Positions 37,267 through 51,016 are shown, numbered from the stretch's first letter. The stretch: DNA of 64,000 nt from Desulfobacterales bacterium (GCA_963674755.2 CAXXVS010000002.1:1280001-1344000); one strand, 5' to 3'. Notes: a model not told the origin generated them from the letters alone. Made by a program: numbers and translations.

Positions 37267-39519
37267 TCACCCCTCCCGGCCAAGCGTGTCCTTGATGGTC
37301 TCCGCCAGCCCATTGCGCACCACAGGTTTGTAGATCAGCTTGCGGACACCTATCTGGCGTGCGCGCTCTTCGTTCATCCGCTCGTTGAAGCCCGTGCACA
37401 GGATGATGGGCATATCCGGCCGGATTCGGAGAAGGGCGCGTGATAATTCATCCCCGGCCATCTCCGGCATGGTCATGTCAGTGATGACCAGATCGAAGGC
37501 CTGGGGCGTATCGGCGAAGGCCTGCAGCGCCTCACGGCTGCTCGTATATGCCTTCACCCGGTAGCCTAGGGAATCCAGTATCAGCTGCATGACATGCGCC
37601 ACCTGAGGTTCGTCGTCCACCACCAGGATCGTTTCCTGCCGGCCGGCCGTCGTCACACTTATTCCAGTCGTTTCCGGAACTTGAGCAACCACGTGGTGGG
37701 CCGGCAAAAAGATACGGAAGACAGTCCCCCGTCCCGGCTCGCTTTCGACCTGTATATCCCCCCCGCAGTTCTTGACGATACCGTGGACGACGGACAGCCC
37801 CATGCCGGTCCCCTTGCCTTTGCCTTTGGTTGTAAAATAGGGGTCGAAAATACGGTCTATAATCTCCGGTGCAATCCCCTGGCCGGTATCGGCCACCGTC
37901 AATTGAACACTGCGGCGGTTTTCATCCCCACCACCCGCAAGGCCCGTGCCGGCGTACCCTTGGCGGTCGTCAAGGGTAATGGTGAGGACCCCGCCACTTG
38001 TCTCCATGGCATGGGCGGCATTGGTGGCCAGATTCATCACGACCTGGTGCAGCTGGGTGGGGTCCGCCATCACGGTTGCATCCGAATGAAGGGCTTCCCG
38101 AATGGCGATGGTAGCAGGGATGGAGGCCCGCAGCAGTTTGACAGCCTCCCGCACCACACTGCTGAAGCGGACCGGTTTAGGCGCGATCTCCGCCTGGCGG
38201 CTAAAGGTCAGGATCTGTTGGGTGAGATCCTTGGCCCGGTGGGCGGCCTTGAGAATTTCATTCAGGTAGCCGTCCACCGGAGACCGGCCCCGGCAGTCTT
38301 CCAGCGCAATTTCGCTGTATCCCAGAATCGCGGCCAAAATATTGTTGAAATCGTGGGCAATGCCGCCGGCCAGGGTGCCGATGGCTTCCATCTTCTGGGC
38401 CTGGCGCAGCTTGGTTTCCAGCTCAATTTTCTCTTCCTGGATGCTGGTCAGTTCCGTAATATCCATGGCGATCTGCAAGCGCACCAGCCGACCGTCAATC
38501 CAACGGATGGCCCGGTCGAAATTCAGATAGCGCCGCCCGGTAACCGGGTTGCTGCCCTCCCAGACATGCAGCCCCGTGGCCTGGCCGTCAGCGTCCACAA
38601 TGGCCGCACTGATACAGGGATCACAGGGTGTCTCCCTGTTTTGAAACACTTCCCAGCATTTGGCGCCGGTCTTATCACCACCAAAGCTTTCGCGCATGTG
38701 CCGATTCATGAGCAGGATGTCATGGTTTTCAATATCGGCCACGAAGACGTCCGCATCGATGCTGTCCAGAACGGTCACCAGGATTTCGTGGGAATGCGTG
38801 ATCTCTTCTTCGGCCCGGCGGCGCTCGGCAAATTCACGCTTCAAATCGTCGTTGGCTTTCCGCAGTTCCAGATGTTTTTCCGCCAGCGAGCGGCCTGTCG
38901 CCTGCTGCTTTTCGAGCACCGTCTTAAGCCCTCGCAGCAAAACAGCGATCGAAAGCGTAACAACGGTGTCCAACAAAAGAAAGTTGGCGCTGATCACCCA
39001 CCATTTGTCGGCCATATTCGCGGGGATAAAAGCGATCGTCAGATGACCGGTCGCCAGGGTAATGCCAAAACAAATCACGGTTGCGGCATTGATCGCCAGG
39101 GAGACCATCGCCGGTCTCAGACCGAAAAGGAGACTGGTCATGATCGGGAACGCAAAAAGCCAGATCGGCCCGGCGGCAAAGGGTCCCAAGCGGATGAGAA
39201 GTGCCACCCCCAGAAAATAAATAAACGCCAGCAGCATGCCCGCCCGCAGGGTAAACGCAACCCGCCGTGCTAACGTCCCCCATACGAACCAAGCATACCC
39301 AAGGGTATCGAAAACCGCCAGCCACCAGATTTTTTCAACGATGGACAGATAAACGCTGGGGAGATAGGCGATAGCGCCCAAAAGCGCCACGGCGCGATAA
39401 ATCACATCCAGAATGCGCTCGCGCCAGTACATGATGCTGCTGGCCGTCGTCGTTTCCTGAGGCTCGCCCCGCGGATATAGGGTGCCTAAAACCCTTGTGA
39501 TGCTATCCCCGAAGATCAT
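37267..39519 (-). CDS. Membrane hybrid sensor histidine kinase (TM-PAS-HK-REC)
   Basis: [32 protein letters not shown]-terminal REC domain. Confidence 0.93.
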   Translation of the reverse strand: MIFGDSITRVLGTLYPRGEPQETTTASSIMYWRERILDVIYRAVALLGAIAYLPSVYLSIVEKIWWLAVFDTLGYAWFVWGTLARRVAFTLRAGMLLAFIYFLGVALLIRLGPFAAGPIWLFAFPIMTSLLFGLRPAMVSLAINAATVICFGITLATGHLTIAFIPANMADKWWVISANFLLLDTVVTLSIAVLLRGLKTVLEKQQATGRSLAEKHLELRKANDDLKREFAERRRAEEEITHSHEILVTVLDSIDADVFVADIENHDILLMNRHMRESFGGDKTGAKCWEVFQNRETPCDPCISAAIVDADGQATGLHVWEGSNPVTGRRYLNFDRAIRWIDGRLVRLQIAMDITELTSIQEEKIELETKLRQAQKMEAIGTLAGGIAHDFNNILAAILGYSEIALEDCRGRSPVDGYLNEILKAAHRAKDLTQQILTFSRQAEIAPKPVRFSSVVREAVKLLRASIPATIAIREALHSDATVMADPTQLHQVVMNLATNAAHAMETSGGVLTITLDDRQGYAGTGLAGGGDENRRSVQLTVADTGQGIAPEIIDRIFDPYFTTKGKGKGTGMGLSVVHGIVKNCGGDIQVESEPGRGTVFRIFLPAHHVVAQVPETTGISVTTAGRQETILVVDDEPQVAHVMQLILDSLGYRVKAYTSSREALQAFADTPQAFDLVITDMTMPEMAGDELSRALLRIRPDMPIILCTGFNERMNEERARQIGVRKLIYKPVVRNGLAETIKDTLGREG

Positions 39520-39639
39520 TGAGCGTCCTTCCCGGTGGTGTATTGTCGGACCCGGCAACTTTGATACTTGATTTTGGTGCGGGAACTGCTAATTTGGTGA
39601 TCATAACATCATCCCCAACCGGTTTGGCGGGAGGTTACG

Positions 39640-40284
39640 ATGAAAACGAAATGGATAGGTGCCTCACTTGTACTGGTCATGATGGCTGCCGGCCCTCTGC
39701 TTGCCGATTCGGTCTATTTCTGGACCGATGAAGCCGGGGTCCGTCATTACAGCAATACCGGTATCCCACCCGGAGTTCAAGAATCCAGCGAACGCCCCGA
39801 AGAATTCTCCCCAGCCCCCAGCCCTGAGTCAAACGATGCGTCCGGGAACGACAGCGCCAGTAAACCCTCGCCGGATACATGGTCCGGGGATACACCCGAA
39901 GAAAAAGAGGCGGCCGCTGACAGCACCAAAAAAATGGATAAACGGCTGGCCGCCAGGGTCGAGAAAGAGCGCGCCCGTCTGGGGGCCGAAATCAAGCGGA
40001 TCCAGAATCTGTCCATCGGCAATTCTTTTACGCCGGGTATGAAGGACGCCATGGTCAAACCCCTCGAAGAGCAACTGGCGCTGCTCAATGCCGATCCGGA
40101 GCGCTATTTCCGGATGAAACGCGAAGGTGCTTTCGACAACGGTTCCGGCGGCAACGCCCCGCCTGCGAGTAGTCCTCTCGGCAACTCCTTAGAATCTTTT
40201 GAAGGTTCCTCCTCGTCAGGCCAATCCTCGACGGGCGAAGTGAATCCTCCCGTGGGGGAATCCGGAAGCCCTCCTTCCGAATAA
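39640..40284 (+). CDS. DUF4124-domain exported protein
   Basis: Signal peptide followed by VYFWTDEAGVRHYSN. Confidence 0.8.
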   Translation: MKTKWIGASLVLVMMAAGPLLADSVYFWTDEAGVRHYSNTGIPPGVQESSERPEEFSPAPSPESNDASGNDSASKPSPDTWSGDTPEEKEAAADSTKKMDKRLAARVEKERARLGAEIKRIQNLSIGNSFTPGMKDAMVKPLEEQLALLNADPERYFRMKREGAFDNGSGGNAPPASSPLGNSLESFEGSSSSGQSSTGEVNPPVGESGSPPSE

Positions 40285-40405
40285 AGGTATTACGCTGAGG
40301 AACCATCCGAACAGGCGTGTTCACAGGGGGTAGCGATGTCCCTGCCGTGAAAAGCGCGTGCATTGAAGGGCGGCCCCCAGCAGGGCCGCTCTGTTCTGTC
40401 TGGCG

Positions 40406-40807
40406 TCAGGCCATGGCCTGCAATACCTTCTTGACGGTGTTGCCGTCGGCTTTGCTGCCGAAATGTCCCATGATGTCCCCCATGGCCTGCATTTTGTTTT
40501 TATAGGTCGCGAAGTCGATATTCGCGTTGATCCATTCAGCAATTTCACGATCGGAAGCCATGACGGGCAAATAGGCCTCCAAGACCTTCAGATAGTCCGA
40601 GGGCCCGGCGGCGCCCTGCCGGTTCAGCACCTCCTTTTCGGACTTGATCAGCTTCTTGATCACCTGCAATACCTCCTTGTCCGACACGTCCTTTGCGGGA
40701 AGCCGGCCCAGCTCCCCGATGACGACGCGCAGGGCGTCCTTTTTAGGCGTGTCCTGAACCCTCATGGCCGCTTTTAAATCCGCTTTGATCTGCTCTTGTA
40801 ACTTCAT
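40406..40807 (-). CDS. GatB/YqeY-domain protein
   Basis: LQEQIKADLKAAMR, LEAYLP, MGDIM...ADG. Confidence 0.85.
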   Translation of the reverse strand: MKLQEQIKADLKAAMRVQDTPKKDALRVVIGELGRLPAKDVSDKEVLQVIKKLIKSEKEVLNRQGAAGPSDYLKVLEAYLPVMASDREIAEWINANIDFATYKNKMQAMGDIMGHFGSKADGNTVKKVLQAMA

Positions 40808-41093
40808 CGGTGGGTATCCCTTGAAAAGGTCATGGTTTCCCGGCAGTCTTCGATGCGGTGCTTCCTTGGCGTGAAGCGGGAATCGTTGCGTGGCATTGGG
40901 TTTCAGACGCCGGCCTTTACCGTCGGGAGTCGCCTCCGGCAAGAACGGCCCTTGCACCGGGTATTAAGGGAGATGGTCTTTCTACGATACTGCGTGGCCC
41001 GCTAAAGTCAAGCCGTTGCATCCCCATGCCATTTATCCTATAGAGATGCCGCTTGGATAACCCCATTCTCCTTTAAGGGATATTTCGAACCCT

Positions 41094-42365
41094 ATGGACA
41101 CTGCTAACGCCCCCGTCGAATTGCTGGCGCCGGCGGGTAATTTCGAAAAACTGGAAACCGCCATTCACTTCGGTGCCGACGCCGTCTATCTGTCCGGCGA
41201 AGAGTTCAGCCTGCGTAATTTCTCCGGCAATTTCAGCCTCGATGGCCTTCATACGGCCGTCCGCTACGCCCACCGCCGTGGGGTACGTGTCTACGTGGCT
41301 TGCAACATCTATTCCCGCAATCAGGAGCAGGCGGCCCTAAACCGCTATCTGCAACAGCTGGCGGCCATCGGTCCCGACGCCGTGATCGTGTCCGACCCGG
41401 CCGTTTTTATGGCGGTTCGCAACATTCAGCCCGCGCTGCCGGTTCACATCAGCACCCAGGCCAACACCACGAATTATGCCGCCGCGCGATTCTGGCGCGA
41501 TCTCGGCGCCGAGCGCATTATTGCCGCCCGTGAACTGACCTTGGTGGAAATCGAGGAAATCGCCGCCTGCGGCGACATTGCCGTAGAAGTCTTTGTCCAT
41601 GGCGCCATGTGCATTTCCTACTCGGGCCGCTGCCTGCTCAGCAACTACCTTGCCCAGCGTGACAGCAACCGGGGCCGTTGTGCCCAGCCCTGCCGGTGGC
41701 AGTATGCCGTCGTCGAAGAAAAACGCCCGGGGCAATATCTCCCCCTGCACGAGGACGAGCGCGGGACTTATATTTTCAATTCACGCGACCTGTGCATGAT
41801 CGACCATATTCCCGCCCTCATCGAAAGCGGCATCCGGGCCCTCAAAATCGAGGGCCGCATGAAAGGCATCCATTATGTGGCCGCGACGGTCAAGGCCTAT
41901 CGCGAAGCCATCGATGCCTATTACCGCCGGCCGGAAAACTACGGGGTTGCCCGGGATTGGCGGAGTTTGGTGGACAGCGTCAACCAGCGCGGCTACTGCA
42001 CCGGCTTTTACTTTGGCGACCCGTCCCAGACCAGCCCCAATCTGGAACTGAAGAGGCCCTCCTATGAACACCGTCTGGTGGGCCGGATCGTTTCCGTGGA
42101 AAGCGCCGGCATCGCCATATTGGATGTGCGCAATCGGCTTGCGGGCGGCGAGGCTGTCGAGCTCCTCTCCCCCGGTCAACCGATACAAAAGGCCACCATC
42201 CAGGGCATGACCGACCTTGAGGGCGCCGCCCTCCCGGTGGCCCACGCGGGCAGGCAGGTCAGGCTGACCATAGGTGTGCCTTGCGGCATCAACGATTTGA
42301 TTCGCCGCCCTGACCCCTCAACCCGCCACCGGCGCCGATCGTCGATAGGCGCCGGTGGCCAATGA
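41094..42365 (+). CDS. U32-family peptidase-like protein (TrhP/YegQ-like)
   Basis: ELLAPAG, GADAVY, HGAMCISYSGRCLLS, CAQPCRW, LKIEGR. Confidence 0.92.
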   Translation: MDTANAPVELLAPAGNFEKLETAIHFGADAVYLSGEEFSLRNFSGNFSLDGLHTAVRYAHRRGVRVYVACNIYSRNQEQAALNRYLQQLAAIGPDAVIVSDPAVFMAVRNIQPALPVHISTQANTTNYAAARFWRDLGAERIIAARELTLVEIEEIAACGDIAVEVFVHGAMCISYSGRCLLSNYLAQRDSNRGRCAQPCRWQYAVVEEKRPGQYLPLHEDERGTYIFNSRDLCMIDHIPALIESGIRALKIEGRMKGIHYVAATVKAYREAIDAYYRRPENYGVARDWRSLVDSVNQRGYCTGFYFGDPSQTSPNLELKRPSYEHRLVGRIVSVESAGIAILDVRNRLAGGEAVELLSPGQPIQKATIQGMTDLEGAALPVAHAGRQVRLTIGVPCGINDLIRRPDPSTRHRRRSSIGAGGQ

Positions 42366-42386
42366 CGAAAGGACATCCGCGCACCC

Positions 42387-43181
42387 ATGTTGCTCGTTGC
42401 CGACAATCTGCAAATCACACATCCGGATATGGCGGAGGCGATACGGCACCACCGGCCGGAGCCCATCCGATCGTGGGTAACCCGCCTTGAGGCCGCCGGT
42501 GCCCAGGCCGTCGATTTGAATACCGGTCCCCTGGGTCGCAATGCGGCGGAAGATATGGCCTTCTGTGTCACCGCGGTGCAGTCTGCAACGGATCTACCCG
42601 TCCTGATCGACACGGCCAACCCTTTGGCCATGCGAGCCGGCCTTGAGGCCAACCGTAAAACCGTTGTTATCAACGGCATCTCCCTGGAGCGCCAAAAATT
42701 GGAGGCCATCCTGCCGCTGGCCATTGAATACGATGTGGATGTCATCGCCTATCTTCTGGATGAACGCAGCCGGGTACCGTTGCAGTTTGATGAACGGCTG
42801 TCCCTGGCTCTTGACCTCTTCCAGCGCTGTCAAGCCGCCGGACTGCGGCGGGAGCAGCTCATTTTTGATCCGGTGGTGGCCCCCCTGATCTGGGAAGACG
42901 GATTGCAGCGCAATCGTGATCTTCTGGAAATCATCCGCCGCCTTCCGGAACTTTTGGATGGTCCTGTGCGCACCATTGCCGGCCTCTCCAACCTGACCAG
43001 CGGGCCGGGCCCTTCCCAGGCCAAACAGCACCTGGAGCAATCTTTTGTAGGCATGCTGGCAGCTTCCGGCCTCTCCTGGCTGCTGTTGAATATGCACCAC
43101 CGGGAGACCGTCGCCGTCGTGCGCAACTGCCGTCTGCTGCTGACCGAACAGCTCTTCTCCTGGCAAAGCGTATTCTCTTAG
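42387..43181 (+). CDS. Pterin-binding (DHPS-fold) protein, AcsE/MetH-folate-domain-like
   Basis: GAQAVDLN, LIDTAN, INGIS, IFDP, GLSNLT. Confidence 0.8.
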   Translation: MLLVADNLQITHPDMAEAIRHHRPEPIRSWVTRLEAAGAQAVDLNTGPLGRNAAEDMAFCVTAVQSATDLPVLIDTANPLAMRAGLEANRKTVVINGISLERQKLEAILPLAIEYDVDVIAYLLDERSRVPLQFDERLSLALDLFQRCQAAGLRREQLIFDPVVAPLIWEDGLQRNRDLLEIIRRLPELLDGPVRTIAGLSNLTSGPGPSQAKQHLEQSFVGMLAASGLSWLLLNMHHRETVAVVRNCRLLLTEQLFSWQSVFS

Positions 43182-43226
43182 GCGCCGCGCAATAGGCGAT
43201 CGACAGTGGATAGGCGCCTCAGGGGT

Positions 43227-43502
43227 TTAGTCGTCCTGGGCTGGTCCGTGGATGGCCGCTTCGGCCGCTTCAAATTCGCGGGTAATGGCCTGGGTCATTT
43301 CAGCTGCGGCCTTTAAGCGCTGCGCTGCTTCCGGAAACCCCATCCCCTCGACCTTGCGGGCCCAATCGCGGTAGTTGTCAGCATGGTCATCGTTGTGATG
43401 GATCCAGTGGTGAAGAAGCTTGAGGACTTTTTCCTTGTCGGTGAGTCCCCCTTCGATAGGGGCGGAAGAATGGGAATGATCGTGCTGATGATGATGGCTC
43501 AT
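43227..43502 (-). CDS. Small His-rich protein (probable metal binding)
   Basis: AAGGAG RBS; MSHHHQHDHSH, LLHHWIHHNDDHA. Confidence 0.8.
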   Translation of the reverse strand: MSHHHQHDHSHSSAPIEGGLTDKEKVLKLLHHWIHHNDDHADNYRDWARKVEGMGFPEAAQRLKAAAEMTQAITREFEAAEAAIHGPAQDD

Positions 43503-43692
43503 GAAGCAGGTCTCCTTTTAGGGTTTTTCCGGTGATTCCCATACACCGATGCGGGTGGTGCGTCAACGCCGGATTGGGGCGAAACCACAACACACATTAC
43601 CGGAGACCCGCACAGGCGCATGGTTTTCCGTACGCCCGGTGACCTATTGACTTCGCCCTGGCAACCTTTCGACCCGGACGGATTTTTCGCCC

Positions 43693-44763
43693 TTACGAAT
43701 AGATAATGTTGCAGACCAGGGGCGGATACTTCCACACCCCCGGCTTGGGAAGAATGTGTTGACCGGCGACCGTCAACCAGGACAGATCGGGTTTCATTTC
43801 TCTAAGCTTCCCGTCATCCGGGGGACGCGCCTGGTCGGTCGGCAGGTAGGTGGCCTGAAAAATGCAGACCCCTTTGTTGCGCTGCTTGAAGATGACATAG
43901 TTTTTGGAAAAGGTCTGAATGGAAATCCGGTTGGCCGTGGCCAAGTTTTGCATCTCTTCCTTGGTTAGCTCCATCAGCACGGCCTTTGAAACGCCCCGCT
44001 CGGATATTCTTATCAACCCGCGCGTTTCGCTGCTTCCGGCATAGACCGTGGAAATACAGGACAGCTGCCGCAAATATTGCATCGCCACAACGGCGGCCGT
44101 GCGACGGCCGCCGGCCATCACGGGCAGGCCGTAAAACTCAAAGAATTTCTTTTGCAGATCCTCGGCATATTTTTCGCCACGTTCGAAGATGTCTTTTGAA
44201 ATATAACGCAAGTCACGAGCCAGGCTTTCGGCGGCTTCGATAATCGGCCAGTCCACCCGCACGTGAAAGTGGGTCAGGCTGTAGCGATTGCGGGCTTTGG
44301 TGGCGGGATCACGCTGGATGAGGAGCGCGTAGTCCACCGGCAAAAGTGCTTTGATGAACATGGGAAACTGGAGCGACTCCAGATATTTGTGGTTACGATC
44401 GAATTTGTTGGACAAGGGCAGGGTCTTGGAAGACAACAGGTTGGACTTGTTGGTTTTATTTAGGTCGAAAAAACGGATGTACTTTTTATGCTCCGGTGGA
44501 ATCGTATCTTCCACGAACAGCACCAGAAAAGCATTCTGGCATTCATACTCGACATCGGGAATGCGCGCACGCGGTTTCAATTCCCGCTTTTCGACAAAAG
44601 GGAAGGCCACTTTGCTGGCCTGAAAGCGCGTATAGGAATCGATGAGGGCATACTGCAGCATCAACGCATCCAGCTCGTCACGCAACAATTCATAGTAGGA
44701 TCGCCGCAGCCGGTTCTCACCGCTCAGCTCTTCTCTAACTTTCCAGAATGTCACTGGACCCAC
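43693..44763 (-). CDS. Hypothetical protein
   Basis: 356-aa ORF with host-like codon usage; no recognised motif. Confidence 0.75.
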   Translation of the reverse strand: MGPVTFWKVREELSGENRLRRSYYELLRDELDALMLQYALIDSYTRFQASKVAFPFVEKRELKPRARIPDVEYECQNAFLVLFVEDTIPPEHKKYIRFFDLNKTNKSNLLSSKTLPLSNKFDRNHKYLESLQFPMFIKALLPVDYALLIQRDPATKARNRYSLTHFHVRVDWPIIEAAESLARDLRYISKDIFERGEKYAEDLQKKFFEFYGLPVMAGGRRTAAVVAMQYLRQLSCISTVYAGSSETRGLIRISERGVSKAVLMELTKEEMQNLATANRISIQTFSKNYVIFKQRNKGVCIFQATYLPTDQARPPDDGKLREMKPDLSWLTVAGQHILPKPGVWKYPPLVCNIIYS

Positions 44764-44891
44764 CCGTTCCGTGGAAATGACAACCGGGTATCATGGCAGG
44801 GACCCGGTCGGCGATGGTCATGATCAGCAGGCAAGTATGGTGTCAGGCAAGTGTGTCGTTTTTCCTTAAATACCATTTATTTAAGGGTGCG

Positions 44892-45614
44892 TCAACGGTG
44901 CCGCTGGTCGCTATTGTTCATTTTTGCGATCCACGCGTACAGCCGTTCGCGATAGCGATAGCCCAGCAGGATACCCAAGCCGCATACGCCGAGGATGATC
45001 ACAAAGACGCCATACATGCGCTCGAACAACATGGCGCCCTGCAGGCTGAGCATGAGCGTGCCCGGCATTCTGCCGAAGGTCGCCATCAGTAAAAACAGCT
45101 TGAGGGGCATAGCGGTCACGCCCAAGAAAAGGCAAAGGTAGTCTTTGGGAAATCCGGGGAAGATAAACAGCAGCACAATGACAAGGGCGCCATTGTGGGT
45201 CACCATCTGATCCATTTGCTGCCGTTGGGCGGCAGGGATCACCCTCCGAATAAATCGTCGTCCCAGAAACCGCCCGATCATGAAATTGATCAGCGAACCA
45301 ATGGCCAGGCTGATGCTCGAATAGACAAACCCTTTCAGCGCACCAAAAAGATAACCGCCGATAAAGCCGGTGGCTTCTCCCGGAATGGGGGCGAGAACCA
45401 CCTGCGCGATTTGAATAGCCATGAATACGAGCGGCGCCCAGGGACCTGAAGCCAGGATAAAGGCCTGAATCTTCTCCCGGTCGATCATCAGGTGGTAGGC
45501 TGCCGTCAAGGCCTGCAGGAGAGGTGCACGGAAGATAACAGTGAAAACGCCCAGCAACAGGACAAGCATTGCCAGGACCAGGGTGACGCGTTTGGGAGGG
45601 CGGTATATGGCCAT
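44892..45614 (-). CDS. TVP38/TMEM64 (DedA-like) membrane protein
   Basis: QVVLAPIPGE, FIFPGFPKD, GRMPG. Confidence 0.88.
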   Translation of the reverse strand: MAIYRPPKRVTLVLAMLVLLLGVFTVIFRAPLLQALTAAYHLMIDREKIQAFILASGPWAPLVFMAIQIAQVVLAPIPGEATGFIGGYLFGALKGFVYSSISLAIGSLINFMIGRFLGRRFIRRVIPAAQRQQMDQMVTHNGALVIVLLFIFPGFPKDYLCLFLGVTAMPLKLFLLMATFGRMPGTLMLSLQGAMLFERMYGVFVIILGVCGLGILLGYRYRERLYAWIAKMNNSDQRHR

Positions 45615-45689
45615 GGGCGTCTCTATGTCGATCCACTGATCGGAATGCGGCTTTGGCGCACCACCGTCAGGGGCTGGAGGAAGGCCGCA

Positions 45690-45986
45690 TCAATGTTTGG
45701 GCGTTGGGTGCCCGGAAGCGGAAGATGGCTTTTCCTGGCGTTTCTGATGGAGGGCTTTCTTGCGCGACCAGCGTTCGAAAAAGCCCATCATGCCGGCCTC
45801 GTATGCACGGTCCACTTTCTCCTCCCGCACCTGGACCGCTTCGGCCGTTTGCATGGCGGTCCGCAGGCATTCGGTTTTGCAATAACATACCCGGCAGCTT
45901 TCCGGCGTTTCCCGAAGCCCGTCCGGGCCCATGGGGAAAACGCACTCCAGTTTGCTGAAACAATAAGGACGTTCGTCACGTGTCAT
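45690..45986 (-). CDS. Small Cys-rich hypothetical protein
   Basis: GAGG RBS; PYCF...VFP...CRVC..KTECLR. Confidence 0.7.
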   Translation of the reverse strand: MTRDERPYCFSKLECVFPMGPDGLRETPESCRVCYCKTECLRTAMQTAEAVQVREEKVDRAYEAGMMGFFERWSRKKALHQKRQEKPSSASGHPTPKH

Positions 45987-46023
45987 GCCACCTCGCTTCT
46001 GTTCCGTGGGAAAGGCCGGGCGG

Positions 46024-46746
46024 TCATGGCAACCCGGCTTCACTCCTCAATTCGGCCATCATACCGCTGTCCGCATAGCTGAAGTAGGTTCCCCCCCCGA
46101 TAATGATGTGTTCGTGGATCGTCAAGTCCATCAGGCGGCAGGCCTGGATGAGCCTGCGGGTCAGGGCCGAGTCTTCCGGTGAGGGGCGCGGATCGCCGGA
46201 AGGATGGTTGTGAACCAGAATGAGCGCAGCCGCATGATGATCCAAGGCGGCCCGGATAACTTCGCGGGGGTAGACGCTGCTGGCGGTCAAGGTGCCTTCG
46301 AAAAGGGTCTGAATGCCCAGGACCCGATTTTTAGCATCCAGAAAGAGCACTTTGAATTGTTCCCGTTTTTTATCCTTCAAACTCTGATAAAGATAATCGA
46401 AGAGGGTCGTGGAATTATGTACAACGGCACCGGCGGTAAGGCGCTTTTCCAGGTAGCGCTCGCAAACCGCCGGGATGAGTTTAATGCCGAACAGATTTTT
46501 AGGGCCGATGCCAGGAATCTCACAAAGGTCGCGCGGCGCGGCTTCGAACACCGCCGGCAGGCTGCCGAAGCGCTGCAAGGCGGCTTTGGCCGCCGGTTTG
46601 CAATCCCTGCGCGGTGTGGCCAGGGTGAGCAGGAGTTCGAGGACTTCATAATCGTGAAAGCCGCTCAGACCCGCAGCCAGAAATTTTTCCCGCAGCCGTC
46701 CACGATGGCCTTCGGCCGAAGAGCGGCCTGATTTCTTATCGACCAT
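46024..46746 (-). CDS. radC: RadC/JAB-domain protein
   Basis: GHRGRLREKF, VYPREV, HNHPSGDPRPSPED. Confidence 0.93.
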   Translation of the reverse strand: MVDKKSGRSSAEGHRGRLREKFLAAGLSGFHDYEVLELLLTLATPRRDCKPAAKAALQRFGSLPAVFEAAPRDLCEIPGIGPKNLFGIKLIPAVCERYLEKRLTAGAVVHNSTTLFDYLYQSLKDKKREQFKVLFLDAKNRVLGIQTLFEGTLTASSVYPREVIRAALDHHAAALILVHNHPSGDPRPSPEDSALTRRLIQACRLMDLTIHEHIIIGGGTYFSYADSGMMAELRSEAGLP

Positions 46747-46796
46747 GACAGCAACCTGCCCTATCAGGCCGTGGGCAAATGGCGCCTAAGGCCGGA

Positions 46797-46875
46797 ATGC
46801 GGCGTTGCAGCCTTTGCTAAACGACGCTGCAACCCTGATGGTTGCAGCGCTTTTCGCATCGTGCCGCGCCTTGCC
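46797..46875. repeat. Intergenic palindromic (REP/MITE-like) element
   Basis: Perfect 10-bp stem CGCTGCAACC (46825-46834) / GGTTGCAGCG (46840-46849), inside ATGCGGCGTTGC...GCGCCTTGC. Confidence 0.5.
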
Positions 46876-46926
46876 TTGCGACCTGTGGGTTATCCACTAC
46901 CTGCGATCCCCAAGCGCCCGGCCACG

Positions 46927-47952
46927 CTATTCGATTTCCTGTTTGAGATCCCGCGTCATCAGCCGGTAGACCGCCTCCCGGGGGGAGGCGCCATCATAGA
47001 GAATATGATACATCTCATGGCAAATGGGCATCTCGACCCCCACCTCCCGCGACAGATTATAAACGGATTTGGCGGTCTTGACGCCCTCCGCCACCATCCG
47101 CATCTCGGAGAGAATTTCGTCCAGGCTGAGCCCTTCCCCGATCTTTTTGCCCACCGTGTGGTTGCGGCTCAGGTCGCCGGTACAGGTTAGAATCAGATCG
47201 CCGACGCCGGCGATGCCGGCCAGGGTGCGCTGATCCGCGCCCAAGCGGCTGCCGAGACGCTGGATCTCCACCAGACCCCGGGTAATCAGAGCGGCCCGCG
47301 TATTGAGCCCCAGCCCCAGACCGTCGATGACCCCGGCGGCGATGGCGATGATGTTCTTGACCGCCCCGCCCAATTCGACGCCGATCACGTCCTGGTTGGT
47401 ATAGACGCGAAAATAGGGGCTGGCGAAAACGTGCTGCACTTTTTCGGCGGTCGCCAGGCTGTGGCTGGCCGTCGTTATGACCGTGGGCGCCTGGCGCGCC
47501 ACTTCCCGGGCAAAGCTCGGACCGGAAAGAACGGCCAGTTGATCGGCGGATACTTGCGGCAGGGTTTCCCTGATAACCCCGGACATGGTCAGGTGGGTCT
47601 TGTTCTCGATACCCTTGGAAGCGGAGACGACAATCGTTTCCGCGCCGATCGCATCCGCCATGCGCAGGGTGGTCTCCCGCATGAGGTGGGAGGGCACCAC
47701 CAGCAGCACAAGATCTTTATGGGCCACGACAGCGTGCAAATCGTTGCTGGGGTGCACATTGGGCGAGAGGGACACCCCCGGCAAAAACACCTTGTTCTCA
47801 TGGTGTTTCTCGATCTGCCGGCAGACCTCGGGTTCGAAAACCCACAAATCCAGTGGATAGCCTTGGCCCCCCAGGAGATTAGCCAGGGCGGTCCCCCAGC
47901 TGCCGGCCCCGACCACGCCGATTTTCATATTCTGATCGATCTCACTGTTCAT
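46927..47952 (-). CDS. gpsA: NAD(P)H-dependent glycerol-3-phosphate dehydrogenase
   Basis: GAGSWGTALA, SKGIE, SGPSFA, GDLILTC, SRN. Confidence 0.96.
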   Translation of the reverse strand: MNSEIDQNMKIGVVGAGSWGTALANLLGGQGYPLDLWVFEPEVCRQIEKHHENKVFLPGVSLSPNVHPSNDLHAVVAHKDLVLLVVPSHLMRETTLRMADAIGAETIVVSASKGIENKTHLTMSGVIRETLPQVSADQLAVLSGPSFAREVARQAPTVITTASHSLATAEKVQHVFASPYFRVYTNQDVIGVELGGAVKNIIAIAAGVIDGLGLGLNTRAALITRGLVEIQRLGSRLGADQRTLAGIAGVGDLILTCTGDLSRNHTVGKKIGEGLSLDEILSEMRMVAEGVKTAKSVYNLSREVGVEMPICHEMYHILYDGASPREAVYRLMTRDLKQEIE

Positions 47953-47983
47953 GGTACACCTTGTCCGTTGAATTGCCGGTTAA

Positions 47984-50458
<2,475 letters not shown>

Positions 50459-50857
50459 AGGGTCGTTCCTTGGTCTATCCGAAAAAACGTTAAGCCGAGA
50501 GGGTCGTGCTATCGTAAAATAAGGCAAACGCCGGCCACAAACCGACCGCCTGCAGACTTTCCCGTTTGGCTGAACCGTTGTTGTCGAAGGTTAGCGGACG
50601 CTGCAAAAGCCAGTGTCGGGCGGGAAGGCATCATCGGGTAAGGATGCCACAAAGGCAGGATGTGGCCGATCCATTCTTTTCTTTTCAGGTGCGGGGAACC
50701 CATAGCCGACAGCCATTGCGTGACAACCACCGATAACACCGGGACGACAGATAAAAGAGGGCCACGGCCCTCCCTGCGGCTTCCAAGCCTTCCGGGCGGT
50801 CGCGGCCTTGCGTGTCATCTGTGGGGTTGCATTGCAGCAAGACGTCCCGGGGACGCT

Positions 50858-51016
50858 TTACTTGCTCACAAAGGCGCCGAAAAGGAGCAGCAAAAGGACC
50901 TCGTAAACCCCGACGGCGAGATAAGATGCGCCGCTGAGCGCATAAACGATACCACCACCGACAATTACCGGTACGCCGCAAAAAACCATGATCCCCAATT
51001 TTCTTGCAATGTCCAT
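50858..51016 (-). CDS. Small membrane protein (2 TM segments)
   Basis: AAGGAG RBS; MDIARKLGIMVFCGVPVIVGGG. Confidence 0.65.
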   Translation of the reverse strand: MDIARKLGIMVFCGVPVIVGGGIVYALSGASYLAVGVYEVLLLLLFGAFVSK

